Assembly (NCBI RefSeq): GCF_009914755.1
Contig: NC_060935.1
Direction: 5' to 3' (one strand)
Length of the DNA: 64,000 nt
Source: the human T2T-CHM13v2.0 reference genome, Homo sapiens
Below are positions 23,905-36,409 of the stretch, piece by piece; positions within the stretch are counted from its first letter, which is position 1, and every line of letters starts with the position of its first letter. Made by a program: the position numbers and the translations under genes. The notes beneath the pieces were generated by a model that was given only the letters and a program-made list of their open reading frames with translations, was not told the DNA's origin and made no database searches.

Positions 23905-26549
23905 GGAGGCTGCATGTGGCTGGACAGCATGAGGCTGAGAATGTACACTTCACAATTTTGAAGCACATGTCCTCCTGGAAGGATGATGGTAAACCCAAAG
24001 CCCCCAAGTCCAAAGCCGGTTTGTTACCTTAAAGTGAGGGAATTTAGAAAACAGTTTATTGAAAGGTATCTTTTCCTGAATGAAAGGAGCCCTAGTGAGA
24101 TTGTGAACGATCTGGGCACACTGGGCAGAAGGAAGTGCTGTTGCTGTCTGCCAGGCATCAGCAGTCAGGGGTAACTCAGCATTGTGTTAGGACAGAGTTG
24201 GTGGAGAACTGCACTGCTGTTCTTATTAAGACTCCTAAATTCTAAGAGTGGGTTATGGGGCAGTGAGAGAGAGGTCATAGCATAAAATGCAGAGCTCTTA
24301 TAAAGAGAACGATAGCTTGAGACTGGGTCTAGAAACCATGCTCATCCATCCAGTCAAAACTCATTTCCAGGATCATTCTCTGTGATTCCAAAACAGCTGC
24401 CAGCCTCAAGCTACAGAGGCCTTGGAAAGGACTTCTCCCAGATAAGGACAGGGGGCAATGATTGCGGCATTCACACCAGAAAAGCCAGTGTGGGGGTTGA
24501 AGAACCTTGTCTATTCAGGTAGTTCCCTTTGGGAAGGTCAGCTCTATGCTTTATACTCAGCTTGATTTACAGTGATTCTGCCAGTGCTAGATGAGGAGAC
24601 TCATTGCCCAGGAGCCCTTTGAAACCAGGGTGGCTGGCAAGCAAGTGTGCTCAGCAGGCAGCCTACGGCTGGCAGCTCCTTCCAGGCCTGCCACACCACA
24701 AAAAGCCACTCTGCTCAAGGCCACCACCTTCCTGGAACAGCCCCCATGTGGTGACTCAATGATGCAGGGTCTAAGCGCATAGCAAGGTTGGACAGAAGTG
24801 CAGGTTGGACAGAAGACTTTCTCCAGAGCTCCCCACCAGGTCGGCCAAGGCTTTCTTGGGCCTGAATCATGGTTCGACCTCTCCTTCTGCTTCCTACCCT
24901 TGCCTTCACAGATTTCAATCCCTAATAAATACCTTGTACCCCAAGCAATACATCCTTTGGTGTTATTTTAATGGAAGTCAACATGTTTTAGAGACACATG
25001 AGCAGGCTCCGTGAGATCTGAAGTTAGGAGCACACATGGACCTGGCATGGTTCCATGGCAAAGAAGGGTATTAACCTGAAGAAAAATCAAATCTAGACAT
25101 GAAACACTTGCTCTAAACCAGGGATCCTTGGAAAAAGTGGTTGTGGCAGTGATGCCAAGCTTCTTGGAACCAGCTACCTGGCTTGCAGTATGCTTTGAAG
25201 GAAAGTGACTGATTGTCCATGTGAACTAGGAAGCCATAAATTTGGCAACCAAGCATGCGGTCCTATGCAGAGCTAGCAGGGATTTTGACAGGCAAAGCCT
25301 CTCAGCAGCACGGGCAAGCACTGTCGTTCTTAGCAGTGACAACATACAGCTACCAGAAGGAGTGGCAGAAGACCAGTAGGGTGCTCCATTCGTTCTCTGT
25401 CTGGCATTTGTGAGAGAGAGAGCTCCCTCCCCTCCTTCCTTTTGTGGACTGAGTGATTTCCTTGGGGCTTGGATAATTGAGGAGGGGTTGACCTTAAGAA
25501 AGTGAGACACTACTTTCTATTAATGTGGGCATGAGGATCTTTGGATAACGAATTAAAAATATAAAAGAGACATGAATGCATTTGCAACCAAAACTGATGG
25601 GATGAGTCCTAAAGATGACATTTAGATATTCAAATGGACATCATCACTAATGCCTAATACCAAATTAATATTAATACTACTCTTCATTTCATAAGCGTGG
25701 AAGAGAAGTTATTTAATTTTCTTTCAATAGAAGAGGTTCAAAGAATATAGGTTATGAGTATGCAGAGTGGGGAGGTGGGAAGAATGAACTTCTCCAGAAA
25801 AGAGAATACTGAAGGAGGGCAGTTCTGGTTTCAGGGGCATGATCCCTTGATGCCCTACTCTTGCCCATGAGTATGTCCAGACAGCAGGTTGACTACAGCA
25901 GACACATGTCACCGTTCTCCCTGCAATAACTACAGGGGCTCAGAGATATATGTGGCTTGCTACTCTTGCTCCTAAGTTCACATTAATTAATCTCACAAAG
26001 AAGTTTGTGTGTCATTAGCTAGGATCACTGTGCACTGAACTCAACAATATCAAAACCATGGTGACAACTTTTAATATTATCCCACTAAGGCAAGGTCTCA
26101 AGAAGTGTGTTTTGCCACAAAACAGGGGATTGGGAGTGTTTCAGGGGAGTGTTTGGGGCTATGGAATGAACACAGAAGTTAAGAGTTTCTGCAGGAGAGT
26201 CCAGGCCAAGGCATGTCATCAGGGGACTGAATCAGACCGAGGCCCAAACTGAAACAGTGAACTGATCACAAATAGATAAGTAGAAGGCCCAAGCAAAAGG
26301 GACTCAGACAACAGGATTGTTGGGAACCCAGCATGGCTTGAAGAAGGTAAAAAGAGAAAAGGCATAACCTTTCGGCTCTCTGGGGTCGTGGCTGGAGTCC
26401 CCACTTTTGTGAGGCAAGTTGCTCTCAACTGTCTGTCCTAATTAGCAGTGTCACATTCAGTTTCGAGATGAGTCACAAGCGATTTCTTGGTAATGATACA
26501 GCAGCAAATTTTGCTGATGTTTTCTTTCTTTTTAAATTAGATTCATGCA

Positions 26550-27070
26550 TTAAGACTTCTTTGGTGGTAACTGAGAGTTAGCCACATTGAAATTGTTTCG
26601 GTAGGAAGAGGAACGCATTGCAAGTGCTATGTAACTACAAGAGCAGGGACACAGCTCAGTGGGAACCTAGAACCAGGACCCTGACATCCGCAGGGCATGC
26701 CCACTCCCCTTTCCAAATCTACTTTTCTCTGCCTGTGGGATTCTTTCCTGCTGCAGGATAGGCTCCTCCACATGGCAGGAGACACAGCTGGAAACAGTTC
26801 ATGAGCCTCATACCTCACACATTTTGACACTAGAACATCCTGAATCTCTGTTCCAAGTTTCAGTCTGAACATTTCTAACGTTCAGCAGGTGTGTCTTCAG
26901 TCGTGCAGCCACCACTGAAACAACCAACCAACTGTGGCCAACCAAATTGTGTCACATTCTTACTCATCTCATTGTAACAGAAATCCATGCCTCCCAGATA
27001 AGCCTGTGTCACCCAGACCGGATAGCCAGATGCCATTGCGGAGTGAACATATCCCATATCACATTCCAGT
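26550..27070 (-). mobile_element. Old MaLR LTR (MLT1J/K/L-like), very degenerate
   Basis: ggaacctagaaccaggacc...aggctcctccacatggcaggaga motifs. Confidence 0.4.
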
Positions 27071-28249
27071 CACACAGCCACGACTCTGGTCCAGTCTTCC
27101 ACCCTTCTGGATTCTGGTCCAATCTTCAGTGCATCCTGAATTCCTGCCCTAAGTGCTGTTTTGATGCTGTTCTCCTAACTGCCCTTGAAGATATTACTTC
27201 TCCAGTTCCTCTCTCACATGGATGCTGTTTTTCTCTCTCACTTCCCCTACAAACACCTGTAGGTCTGAAACTGTACTCGTGGTCCTCCATTGCTGCTTGC
27301 AAACCACTTCGTTTTTACTTAAAATCTCCAAGCCTCTGGAATCAGGCCATTAGACCATGTCCACCCCCGTCCCTCTCTCTTCTCTTCACCCATTGACCTA
27401 CTGATCATTTCCCCTTGTTCTTTAAAGGTTCCAGTACTTGCTTCACTGTGATTCTCTCTATTTCATATTCCATAGCCACGAGGACAATTCATTCAACATC
27501 CTGCAGTCTCAGGTTGTAATTTAGGCTAGTGGGGATGGGATGGGGTGCAGAGGACAAAAGAGAAGGGAATTAAAGTTTAAAAAAATGAGGACTCAGCTTG
27601 GACTTAAATGATGAATGGTTATTCTATAGGTAAAGCAGGAAAGGACATGCCAGGGAAGAAGAACACGATAGACAAACTCACAGGGACTAGACACAGCCAT
27701 ATCCATTTGAAACACTGTAAGTCACTTTGGTTGGCCAAGACATAGCAGAAGTAAAAGTACAAGGGGGTGAGAGCAAACAGTAGAGATTCAAATTTCGGAA
27801 GGCTTTCTATGCCATATTTAATGAGATTCATCTTTTTCTTGTTTTTGCAATAAAGGGCAGTAGAATAGCTTAGCACATGTGTATGTCTTGATAATGGTAC
27901 TTTGCACATTATATGATAAGTTACTTCTCAAGCTCTCCCCTTTATCTGTGGATCCATGAGGGTGGAGACTGACTTATACATCTTTATTATCTCCTATATC
28001 TAACACAGTGCACATGCAGTAGGCACTCAAATGAAATAGACTTTTGTGAGATGCCTTAAGATCATACTGTTGATAGAATTATTTATAAAGAAAACTATTT
28101 AAAAATTTCATTATAAATAATAGCTTATTTTTAAACTAACCCACTCAACTCACAACCCCGGGATAAAGATTGCGTGATTTTGAACATTGTTTAAAATTTC
28201 CTGTAAAGAACCATGATGCAGCTGCCCTTTGCCTAGAAGTTTGTGAACA

Positions 28250-28500
28250 GGGCTAATGCTTTACATGGCTTTATTGGTTTACAGTTTGCAAGGTCCTTTT
28301 CTGGTCCATTATTTTATTAAATCTTCTCCATCAAGTTTGAGAGAGGAGAGAGGTGGATCTTATTATCCTTACAGTGAAGAGTGTCAGACACAGACTTAAG
28401 CCACTTGGCCAAGGTCATACAAAAAAATAAGTGGTAGAACCTGAACTTAAACTGGGATCCCTGTTCTGAGCACAGTGATCCCTACCTTCTCTGCACACTG
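28250..28500 (-). mobile_element. MIR
   Basis: tttacagtttgcaagg...ttattatcc...ttaagccacttggccaaggtcatac...taagtggtagaacctgaact. Confidence 0.65.
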
Positions 28501-29519
28501 CCTCTAGATTACAGTGAGAACATTTGACATTGAAGAGACTGTAGGTAACAAGTGAGGTTTTTATATCCCAGGGCTATAAAGAAAGCCCAAGGTAAAGGCC
28601 ACTTGTGCTAATAAGTGTGTGAATTGCCTACAAAAACTGGCTACACTTTTCCTTTTTTACTGCTTTGTGCTATTGGTCAGGCCCTTATGTCTAGTCTGAA
28701 TCTTAGTCTTTTAAGAGAAATCTACAGAAATGTGAAAGGGACTCAGCCTATTATATCTGATCTATGAAAGAATATTATAGGGAGGGTTATATTCACCATC
28801 TCCACCGAGGTCATAGCCTCACAGGAAATTAGCGTGTTGCAGCAACGCAAATATAGGCTAGACCACAGAAAAAGCTTCCTGATTGTGAGCACGGTGAGAT
28901 GCAGGGAATGTGTTTTCAAAGCAGGATATGAAATCTCTATCATTACAGATTTTAAGAATAGGAGAAATTCTGTTCAGAGTAAATTAAAAGCCTGGATGCT
29001 GAAGGATGTATAAAATTGTTTTGCTTCCATCTCATCCAGGGTGAGCTGTGCCATTGGGAACTTTGAGCCTTACCCTGTCCTCATTCTTTTCATTCATCTA
29101 CCCTTCCCACCTGCATTGCTTGTTTGCTTACTACAAGTTAATTTGTTTAACTCTCATTATTTTTTAAAAATGTAAAATGCCTTCTAGTTTTCCATTCTTG
29201 GAGAAAATCTGCTGTCTGGAAGGTACCACCTTCTGGTGATACCAAGATGAAAACAGAAAACAAGAAGAAATTAAGCCATCTGTCTCTTTCCTTTCTTGGT
29301 TCCTCACCAAACCCTTAACCATGTTAGAAACACCACACGACACTTTTCTGAAAGGTATTAGTTATTTTTTATGCTCTTTACCAATTGCTTTAGTTTTCCC
29401 TCTTCCCCAGGTTTAAGTGATCTTAGATTTTTGTCTTTCTTGTTATTTAAAACATATGTGTCTGTGTGTGTATTTTTGTATTTCTTTAATGAGTTCCATC
29501 TTACATAATTATACACTGT

Positions 29520-30049
29520 TGTTTGGGTTATTTCAAAATCATAAATATCCCTCTTTCTTGCATCCATGCTCCCTTCAGGTGTATAACTCTGAGAGCCCTC
29601 TCATTCTGAATCTGTGCTCAGCTGGGACTGGCTCTAACTTATCGGATGTCAGCAAATGTGACAAAGCAGAGGCTTTAGAAGTGTTTGTGCCCCGGAGCTT
29701 GTTTCCTCTTTAAATCCTATGAGCACCATGGGAAGCAGCTCAGGCTAGCCTGGGGAAGAATGACAGGCCTCATGCAGAGATAAGCAGGAAGAGCCATTCC
29801 ACTCAAGGCACTCGTTACTCAACTAGCTCACCAACTGCCCGACATGGACCTGAGTGCAGCCTATATCATCCACACCATAGCTAACTCACCCGCTGACCTG
29901 TTATGAGAGTCCAACCGAGGTGAACCGAAACCAAGTTAGCCTGGATCAACCACCTACTGATACACAGAATTATGAACAAAATACATGGTTGTTTTAAGCT
30001 ACTCGGCTTTTGGATGTTTTGTTATACAGCTGTATAGATAACTTATACA
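29520..30049 (+). mobile_element. MaLR solo LTR (MLT1F/G-like)
   Basis: agcaaatgtgacaaagcagaggctt and 3' end ggttgttttaagctact...tttgttatacagc...agataacttataca. Confidence 0.7.
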
Positions 30050-30635
30050 GTCTACAAACTCAGAAATGTCAGAATTTGTTTTTAATCTCTTTCCATTTTA
30101 CTTTGCCTTAGCTTTTCCTACCATGAATTTGGTATGTGCTTCCCTTATCCAAGTTATGTACTCTTATTATGATAAAAATCTTTGTACATGTATGATTAGA
30201 TAGAAAATTATTTTTTATTTATTTAGTAAAACTAATACATATTAAATTACACATAAATTTTCCTGATGTATGTAAACCTGAATTTATTTTTTCATTTCCC
30301 ATCAGTAGATTTTTGGAGTTGCTTCCAATATTAAAATCTATGTATCTATAAAGATTCTTGTATATGACTCCTTATGCACATATGAGAGAATTACCTAGAA
30401 ATAGTTATTAACTCATTTAGTATACATTTTCTCAATTTCACTAGAAATTGCCAATTCTCTAAAGTATTTAATATGTAAACTTTTTGGCTTCACCCATCAA
30501 TTAGGAAATTATTTTCTATACCAACTTTGTAAGATATATACCTACTTGTTCTTTTAATAACTTTATGGTTTTTCATTAAATCCATGTAGAGTTGAGTTTC
30601 AGATAAGGTGGGGAAGGTATAATACATATGATAAG

Positions 30636-30939
30636 TTTTTTTTTTTTTTTTTTTTTTGAGACAGGATTTCACTCTGTGGCCCAGGCTGGAGTTCAGTGGC
30701 ACGATCTCTGGTCACTGCAGCCTTGATTTCCTGGGCTCAAGCCATCCTTCTGTCTCAACCCTCCAAGTAGCTGGGACTACAGGTGCACACCACCATGCCT
30801 GGCTAATTTTTTGACTTTTAGTAGAAACAAGGTCTCACTGTGTTACCCAGAATGGTCTCAAATTTCTGAGCTCGAGCAATCCTCCTGGCTCAGCCTCCCA
30901 AAGTGCTGGAATTACAGACTTGAGCCACTGCACCTGGAC
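30636..30939 (-). mobile_element. AluJ
   Basis: T-tail then reverse Alu with J diagnostics (gcagccttgatttcctgggctcaagc). Confidence 0.93.
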
Positions 30940-31276
30940 TAGAAAGAAAGTTATTTTTGTGCCATTTTTAACCACTTATGTTTTCCACACTGACTTTAAA
31001 AAACTATCTCTTTTAAATAATAAGGCTTAAAATGTTTGGATCTGTGTTTAGGTCTTCTAGTCAGTTGATTAGTTTTGTCTGTTCTTGCACCAATACCATA
31101 CTTTTAAAATCACTATAAATTTAATATCTTTTTGATAAAGAGGGCTCTCCTCTTCATTTAGATGCTTGAAATACATAGTATACAAAAAGGATAAGCTTTA
31201 CTTCTCTTATGTACCTCACATTCTACCAAAAGGAGACAAAGGAAACAAAAATAAATAAATAAATAACATATGGCAT

Positions 31277-31746
31277 TGTAGGGGAAACAAATGATTCTTT
31301 TTCTCACCCATCATAGGGTTCATGGCTGAGACCCTTATGACAAAATACTGATTAACAAGAGAGAAGCATACAAGTTTATTTAAATTTTATGTGACACAGG
31401 AGCCTTCAGAAATGAAGACCCATGGGAACAGGGAGAACTACTTTTGTGGATAGTCATGCAGAATTATGATTGGAGGACAAAAGGGTAGGATCTGATGATA
31501 ATAAACCTGGGGGAACTGAGCAAGGCGTGTTTGTTCAAATTGGTCTCTATGTCCTTCGGTGACATTTCTGGAACAGCCTACGTCAGCAGAAGGTCAGTTC
31601 AGTTTAAGGCCTGCTTCAGGGGAAAAGGGGCAAGGGTAATTCTAATTTCTATGACCTACTTCTGCAGTTTCCTCAATTCCCTTCAGCTTAAAATACTCAG
31701 TATACCAAAGCGCCTGATTTTGGATAGCACATCCTGAACCCCATCA
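31277..31746 (-). mobile_element. ERV1 (MER4-group, MER93/MER39-like) solo LTR
   Basis: TG...CA bounded, 470 bp. The reverse strand begins tgatggggttcagg...tactgagtattttaagctgaagg and has an AATAAA near its 3' end. Subfamily uncertain. Confidence 0.65.
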
Positions 31747-31789
31747 TTATGTTACATAATCATAAATACTATGAGAGAAGTATGAAGAA

Positions 31790-32870
31790 GAACTGGTGGG
31801 CTTAGGTCACAGAGAGCATGGGCTGTGCCTTTAAGTGGAATTATCAGGACAGGCAGGTGAGATTTGAGGAAAGACTTGGAAGACAGAGTTTGCCTTGCGG
31901 ATATCTGGGGAAGAACGTTCCAGGAAGAGGGAAATTCTCAGACAAGATTCAAGGCAGTGGAGAAAGTGAGAAATAAGTGATCAGATTTTGAGTTTTCTGT
32001 TGGATTGGGTGTGTTTTTTGAGCAAAAGCAAACTATTAAAAAGAATTCTAAAACTTTTGGGCTAAACAACTAGACAGATAAATCTTCTCTCAACTGGGCA
32101 GAAAAAGACCAAAGGTAAACAGGTTAAGGTGGAGAAGTTCTAGAGTCCAGCTCTGGACATGGAAGGCTTGGGATGTCAATTAGACATCCACATAAAGATG
32201 TTGATATGGCATTTCGATATTCAATTTAACATTTATAAGAGAAATCTGACGAGAGATATAAATTTGAGAGTCACTGGCAAATAGACTGTAATAGTCCTAA
32301 GACTAGGTGAACTCAATAGTACTGAGTACTGAGCCCTGGGACACTCCAAGGCTGAGATATTGTAGAGAAGATGAGGAACCAGCAAAGGTGAGAATGAACA
32401 GCCAGTTAAGAGGAAAGTTGAGAGATTGTGACATTCTAAAAACCAAATGAACAATATATAAAGAGGAGGAAAGGGTGATTAATGGTATCGAATGCTATGG
32501 ACAGGCCAAGGACAATTTATCTAAGAATTAACCATTGACTGCAATGACGTTGATGTCATCTGTGACCTTGAGGGGATCACCTTAAATAAAATGAGGGGGC
32601 CAAAACCCTCTTTGAAAGATTTGAAGAGAAAATGGAAAGAGAAATCTACACAGTGAATATAAATAACTCTATATATTCAAGGCTGTAGCTATAATGAGGA
32701 GAGAGAGAGTGGGAGAGGAGAAATACATGTTTGTATGCCGATGAAAAAATATCCAATAGACAAAGAAAAAAACAGTGATACAGGAGACAAAAAGGAGAAT
32801 TGCAGAGGGAATGGCTTCAAGTAAGTGAGAGAGAATGAGATCTAGCACGCAGCTGGAGAGATGGGTTTAG
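31790..32870 (-). mobile_element. L2 fragments
   Basis: ctggacatg...attagacatcca...gagatataaatttgagagtca...accattga...tcatctgtgaccttga: antisense L2 pattern. Confidence 0.7.
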
Positions 32871-32879
32871 ATATCGCTA

Positions 32880-35330
32880 ATAAGGAATTTCTAATCAAGT
32901 CATGGAAATTTCCTTCTATTCTACTCTGCTAAGAGTTTATTTTAATCATAACTGAGCATTATATTACATCGTATTATTCTCTCACACCTATTTAGATTAT
33001 CACAGTATTTTTCTTTTTTATTAATGTGGTAAATTACTAGCTTATCTCATGTTGAACATCTTTGCATACATGGGATAAATACTACTTAGTCTTGATGGAT
33101 TTTTAATGTACTATTATTTTTAATATTTTAAGAGTATTGCTTCTATGTTTCTAAATTAGATCAGCTTATATTTTTATGATTATTGTCTAGTTTTTGGTCA
33201 AATATTGTATTACTACTTAAAATTATTTGAATAGTTTTGCCTTAAACAAAAATCTGTACTTTAAAACAGTTTGTATAAAACAGAAATTATCCCTTTATTG
33301 AGGATTTGGTGAAACCTGTAAAACCATTCAGGATTGATGCCTTTCTAGGTAGAAGTTTCTAGACTAATGATTTAATCTTTTCATGATTATTAGTAAATTT
33401 AGATTTTGTACTTCTTTTGGAGTCAGTATTGTTTTACATATATATAAAAATATATATATGTATATATATACACATATATACACAAACACAATATGCATAT
33501 GATACAATAATATACTATATTATTTTTAATATATATTGTTTTATGAAAAATAATATCACATTATTTTTAAAATGGTGATAGGAAAGTTGTTTATAGTCTT
33601 GTCTTAACTCTATCTGAGATTATATCATCCATTTCCATCATCATTGTCCTAGAAAATATATATTTGCATATAATGTTTTATGTATCAATTTTATCCCCAT
33701 TTATGTTTTACTTACATAGACAAAGGCAAGAAGAAATAGCTCACAGATGACTACTCTAATTCCAAGATAACTTATAAGCTTGAGTTTAAATCTAATAATA
33801 TATTTGAAGACTTAATCAGTGGACATATATTACAAGGTTTATCAGTAAATATAAGCTTCTTTAACAAATATCAAATGAGTAAATACAATTTCTCATAACA
33901 AACAACAAAAACAAATATTACAGTAATCACAGCCTTGAAACTGAGTTTGATTTTATAGCATAATATACATCATTTTGTTTAGAACCCCTTAGGATAATTT
34001 CTTCTCAATAAACTTGCCAGGAAAGCAGTTTTATGACAAAATAGAAGTTAAAAAACAGATAAATTTTTTAAAAAAAGTTTACACCACCTGGCTAAAAAGC
34101 ACTGATATCTTCAAAACTTCTTGAAATTTCTTATTACTTAACATTGAAACTAGTAGCCTTTGATTTCTTCTAATTTTAACCAAGACTGACTCAAAGTATT
34201 TGGGGCTTATAATTGTCAATAGTAGTTCCCCTTTATCCGCTGTTTTGCTTTCTGATGAAACAGATAATTTATGAGTTATCAGTTATAAATTGTGCACAGG
34301 TACTTTAATAAAATGCGCTGAGTGGTGTGGTGGAATCTCATGCTGCCTGGCTGTGTCACACCTGGGATGTGATTCATGCCTTAGTCTGGGGTCTCCATGC
34401 TGCAGACTCAGCATGCTTATTAGTCACATAGTAGCCATCTTGGTTATCAGATCAACTGTCACAGTATTGCAGTTTAAGTAACCCTTATTTCACTTAACAA
34501 TGGTCCCAAGGCACAGGAGTAGCGATGCTAGCATTATTATAATGTTAAATTGTATTATTAGCTACTGTTATTAATCTCTTACTGTGTCTAATTTATAAAT
34601 TAAACTTTACCATAGGCATGTATGCAGAGGAAAAAATGTAGTGTATGTAGAGTTTCAGACTACTATCTGAGATTTCAGTCATCCACTGGGAGTCGCGGAA
34701 CATGTTCTCTGTGAATAAGTGGGGACTACTGTGCTTGTATTTCCTTCTCTCCTTTTTTTTTCTTGATGTTTTGCCATACGTTTTCAATTCTGTTGTTATA
34801 ATTTACAGAATCAGCTTTTGGTTTTCCTGAATATTTCTATAGATCAATTTAGATTTTCTTTTGTATAACTTTTTTGCTTTTATTTTTATCATTGTCTTCA
34901 TTCGTGTTTTCATTGTTTTGGTCTAGATTTGTGATTAAATGCACAACTCATTAATGAGTAACTCAAGTTTCAGCTTTTTGTTTTGAAATGTGCATTTAAT
35001 TTTTAAAAATGCACACAATTTCCTTTAAATGTGTGATTTTAAAGCTACAAAGTTGAATTTAAAGCTATAAAATTTCCTCCAACTACTACTTTAGCTGCAA
35101 CCTGCAATTTGGTTATATTGAGTTTCTTTGTTATTCTTGTCAAGATATTTTGTAAATCTATTATGATTACTTCTTTAATTCATGAGTGACTTAGAAGTAT
35201 GTTTTAAAGGTCCCAAATACCTCAGGAGTGTTGGAATTGTATTTTTATTGATAATATTGCATTGTGGTCAAGAAACTCAGTCTGCCTGATATTTTTTTCC
35301 TTAGAATTTGTGATAAATGTACAAATATAC
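32880..35330 (-). mobile_element. Very old L1M (L1ME-like) ORF2 fragments, interrupted by a (TA)n repeat, unassigned AT-rich DNA and MER44
   Basis: ttccttctattctactctgctaagagttt, gggataaatactacttagtc and tctattatgattacttctttaattcatgag match antisense L1 ORF2. Confidence 0.6.
34220..34731 (+). mobile_element. MER44B-like (Tigger7-derived) DNA transposon
   Basis: TIRs tagtagttcccctttatccgc / gtgaataagtggggactactg; internal tagtagccatcttggttatcagatc and ataaattaaacttta. Confidence 0.85.
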
Positions 35331-35799
35331 ATATAAACCTTCATGGTAATGGTTGCTGCAACATGAGTCTGTCTCTAAAACATGACCTATTCATGTGTGT
35401 CCTCTGCCTAGGTCTTTTTCTACTAAGGGTCTTGTATTCGGGTTGTATGGGGGAAAAGAAGGACAACGTGAAGCTCACTGAGGGAACACGGGGAACACAG
35501 GGGTGTGGTGGGTGATTGCAGATCCCAGAATTTTCCTGAACCAATCACTCCAGATCAGACCCATAGAATGGGAGATAACACACATGGAGCACCTTGGGAT
35601 TACTGTTTCTGTCCTGGACATCCCTGCTAGGCACAACACCCAGGGTTGTCCCCATGGATATTTTAGTCAGAACTGACAACTGCTATTAGGTGACTCCAAT
35701 ATGAAACTGGGACTGAGATGGCTGGATTTGGATTGTGTAGCAGAGATCTGGGGCTCCAAACAAGCCCCATGTTTACAGCTCCTTTCTTCTGGTGTCTCC

Positions 35800-36110
35800 C
35801 ACTAACAATAGGCACTCGCTACACATAGCCAAACCTCTTTCACTCTCCATGAACTCACCCATGTCCTCATGTAATCATTCTGACACCCCTTCCTCATTGC
35901 TTTCCTTTCCTTTTCCTCCTTCATGCTTACTTGAAAAAATCCCAACCCTGATATAATCCAAAACTGCATTTTCTGTACCTTCTCCTGAACAGTAGAAAGC
36001 TACCGGAGAAATGGACACAATTTGATGACTGGTCTTGTTTTATATTCATGATCGTAAACCTCAGGGAACCTTCAGCACTACCTAGAACTCTTTCTCTGTT
36101 TCTCAAATGG
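35800..36110 (+). mobile_element. L2 fragment, outermost layer of the nest (resumes at ~61250-61320)
   Basis: ccaaccctgatataatccaa...ggagaaatggacacaa; continues after the nest with agactatttcacacttcttc. Confidence 0.5.
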
Positions 36111-36409
36111 ATTTTTAAATTGTGCTAAAATATACATAACATGAAATGTACTGTTTTAAGCCATTTAAGTGTAAAGTTCGGTGGCATTAATTAAATTTAC
36201 ATCATAGTGCAACCATCATCATCACTCATCTCTGAAATATTTTCACTATTTCATACAGAAGTTCTGTACTCATTAAATAATAACTCTCCATTTTCCCTCT
36301 ACTAGCCCCTGTCAATCACCATTCTACTTTCTGTCTCTATGAATTTGACAATTCTAAGTACCCCATATGAGGTCCCCAACATTGGTCCTTTTGTGACTGG
36401 CTTATTTCA

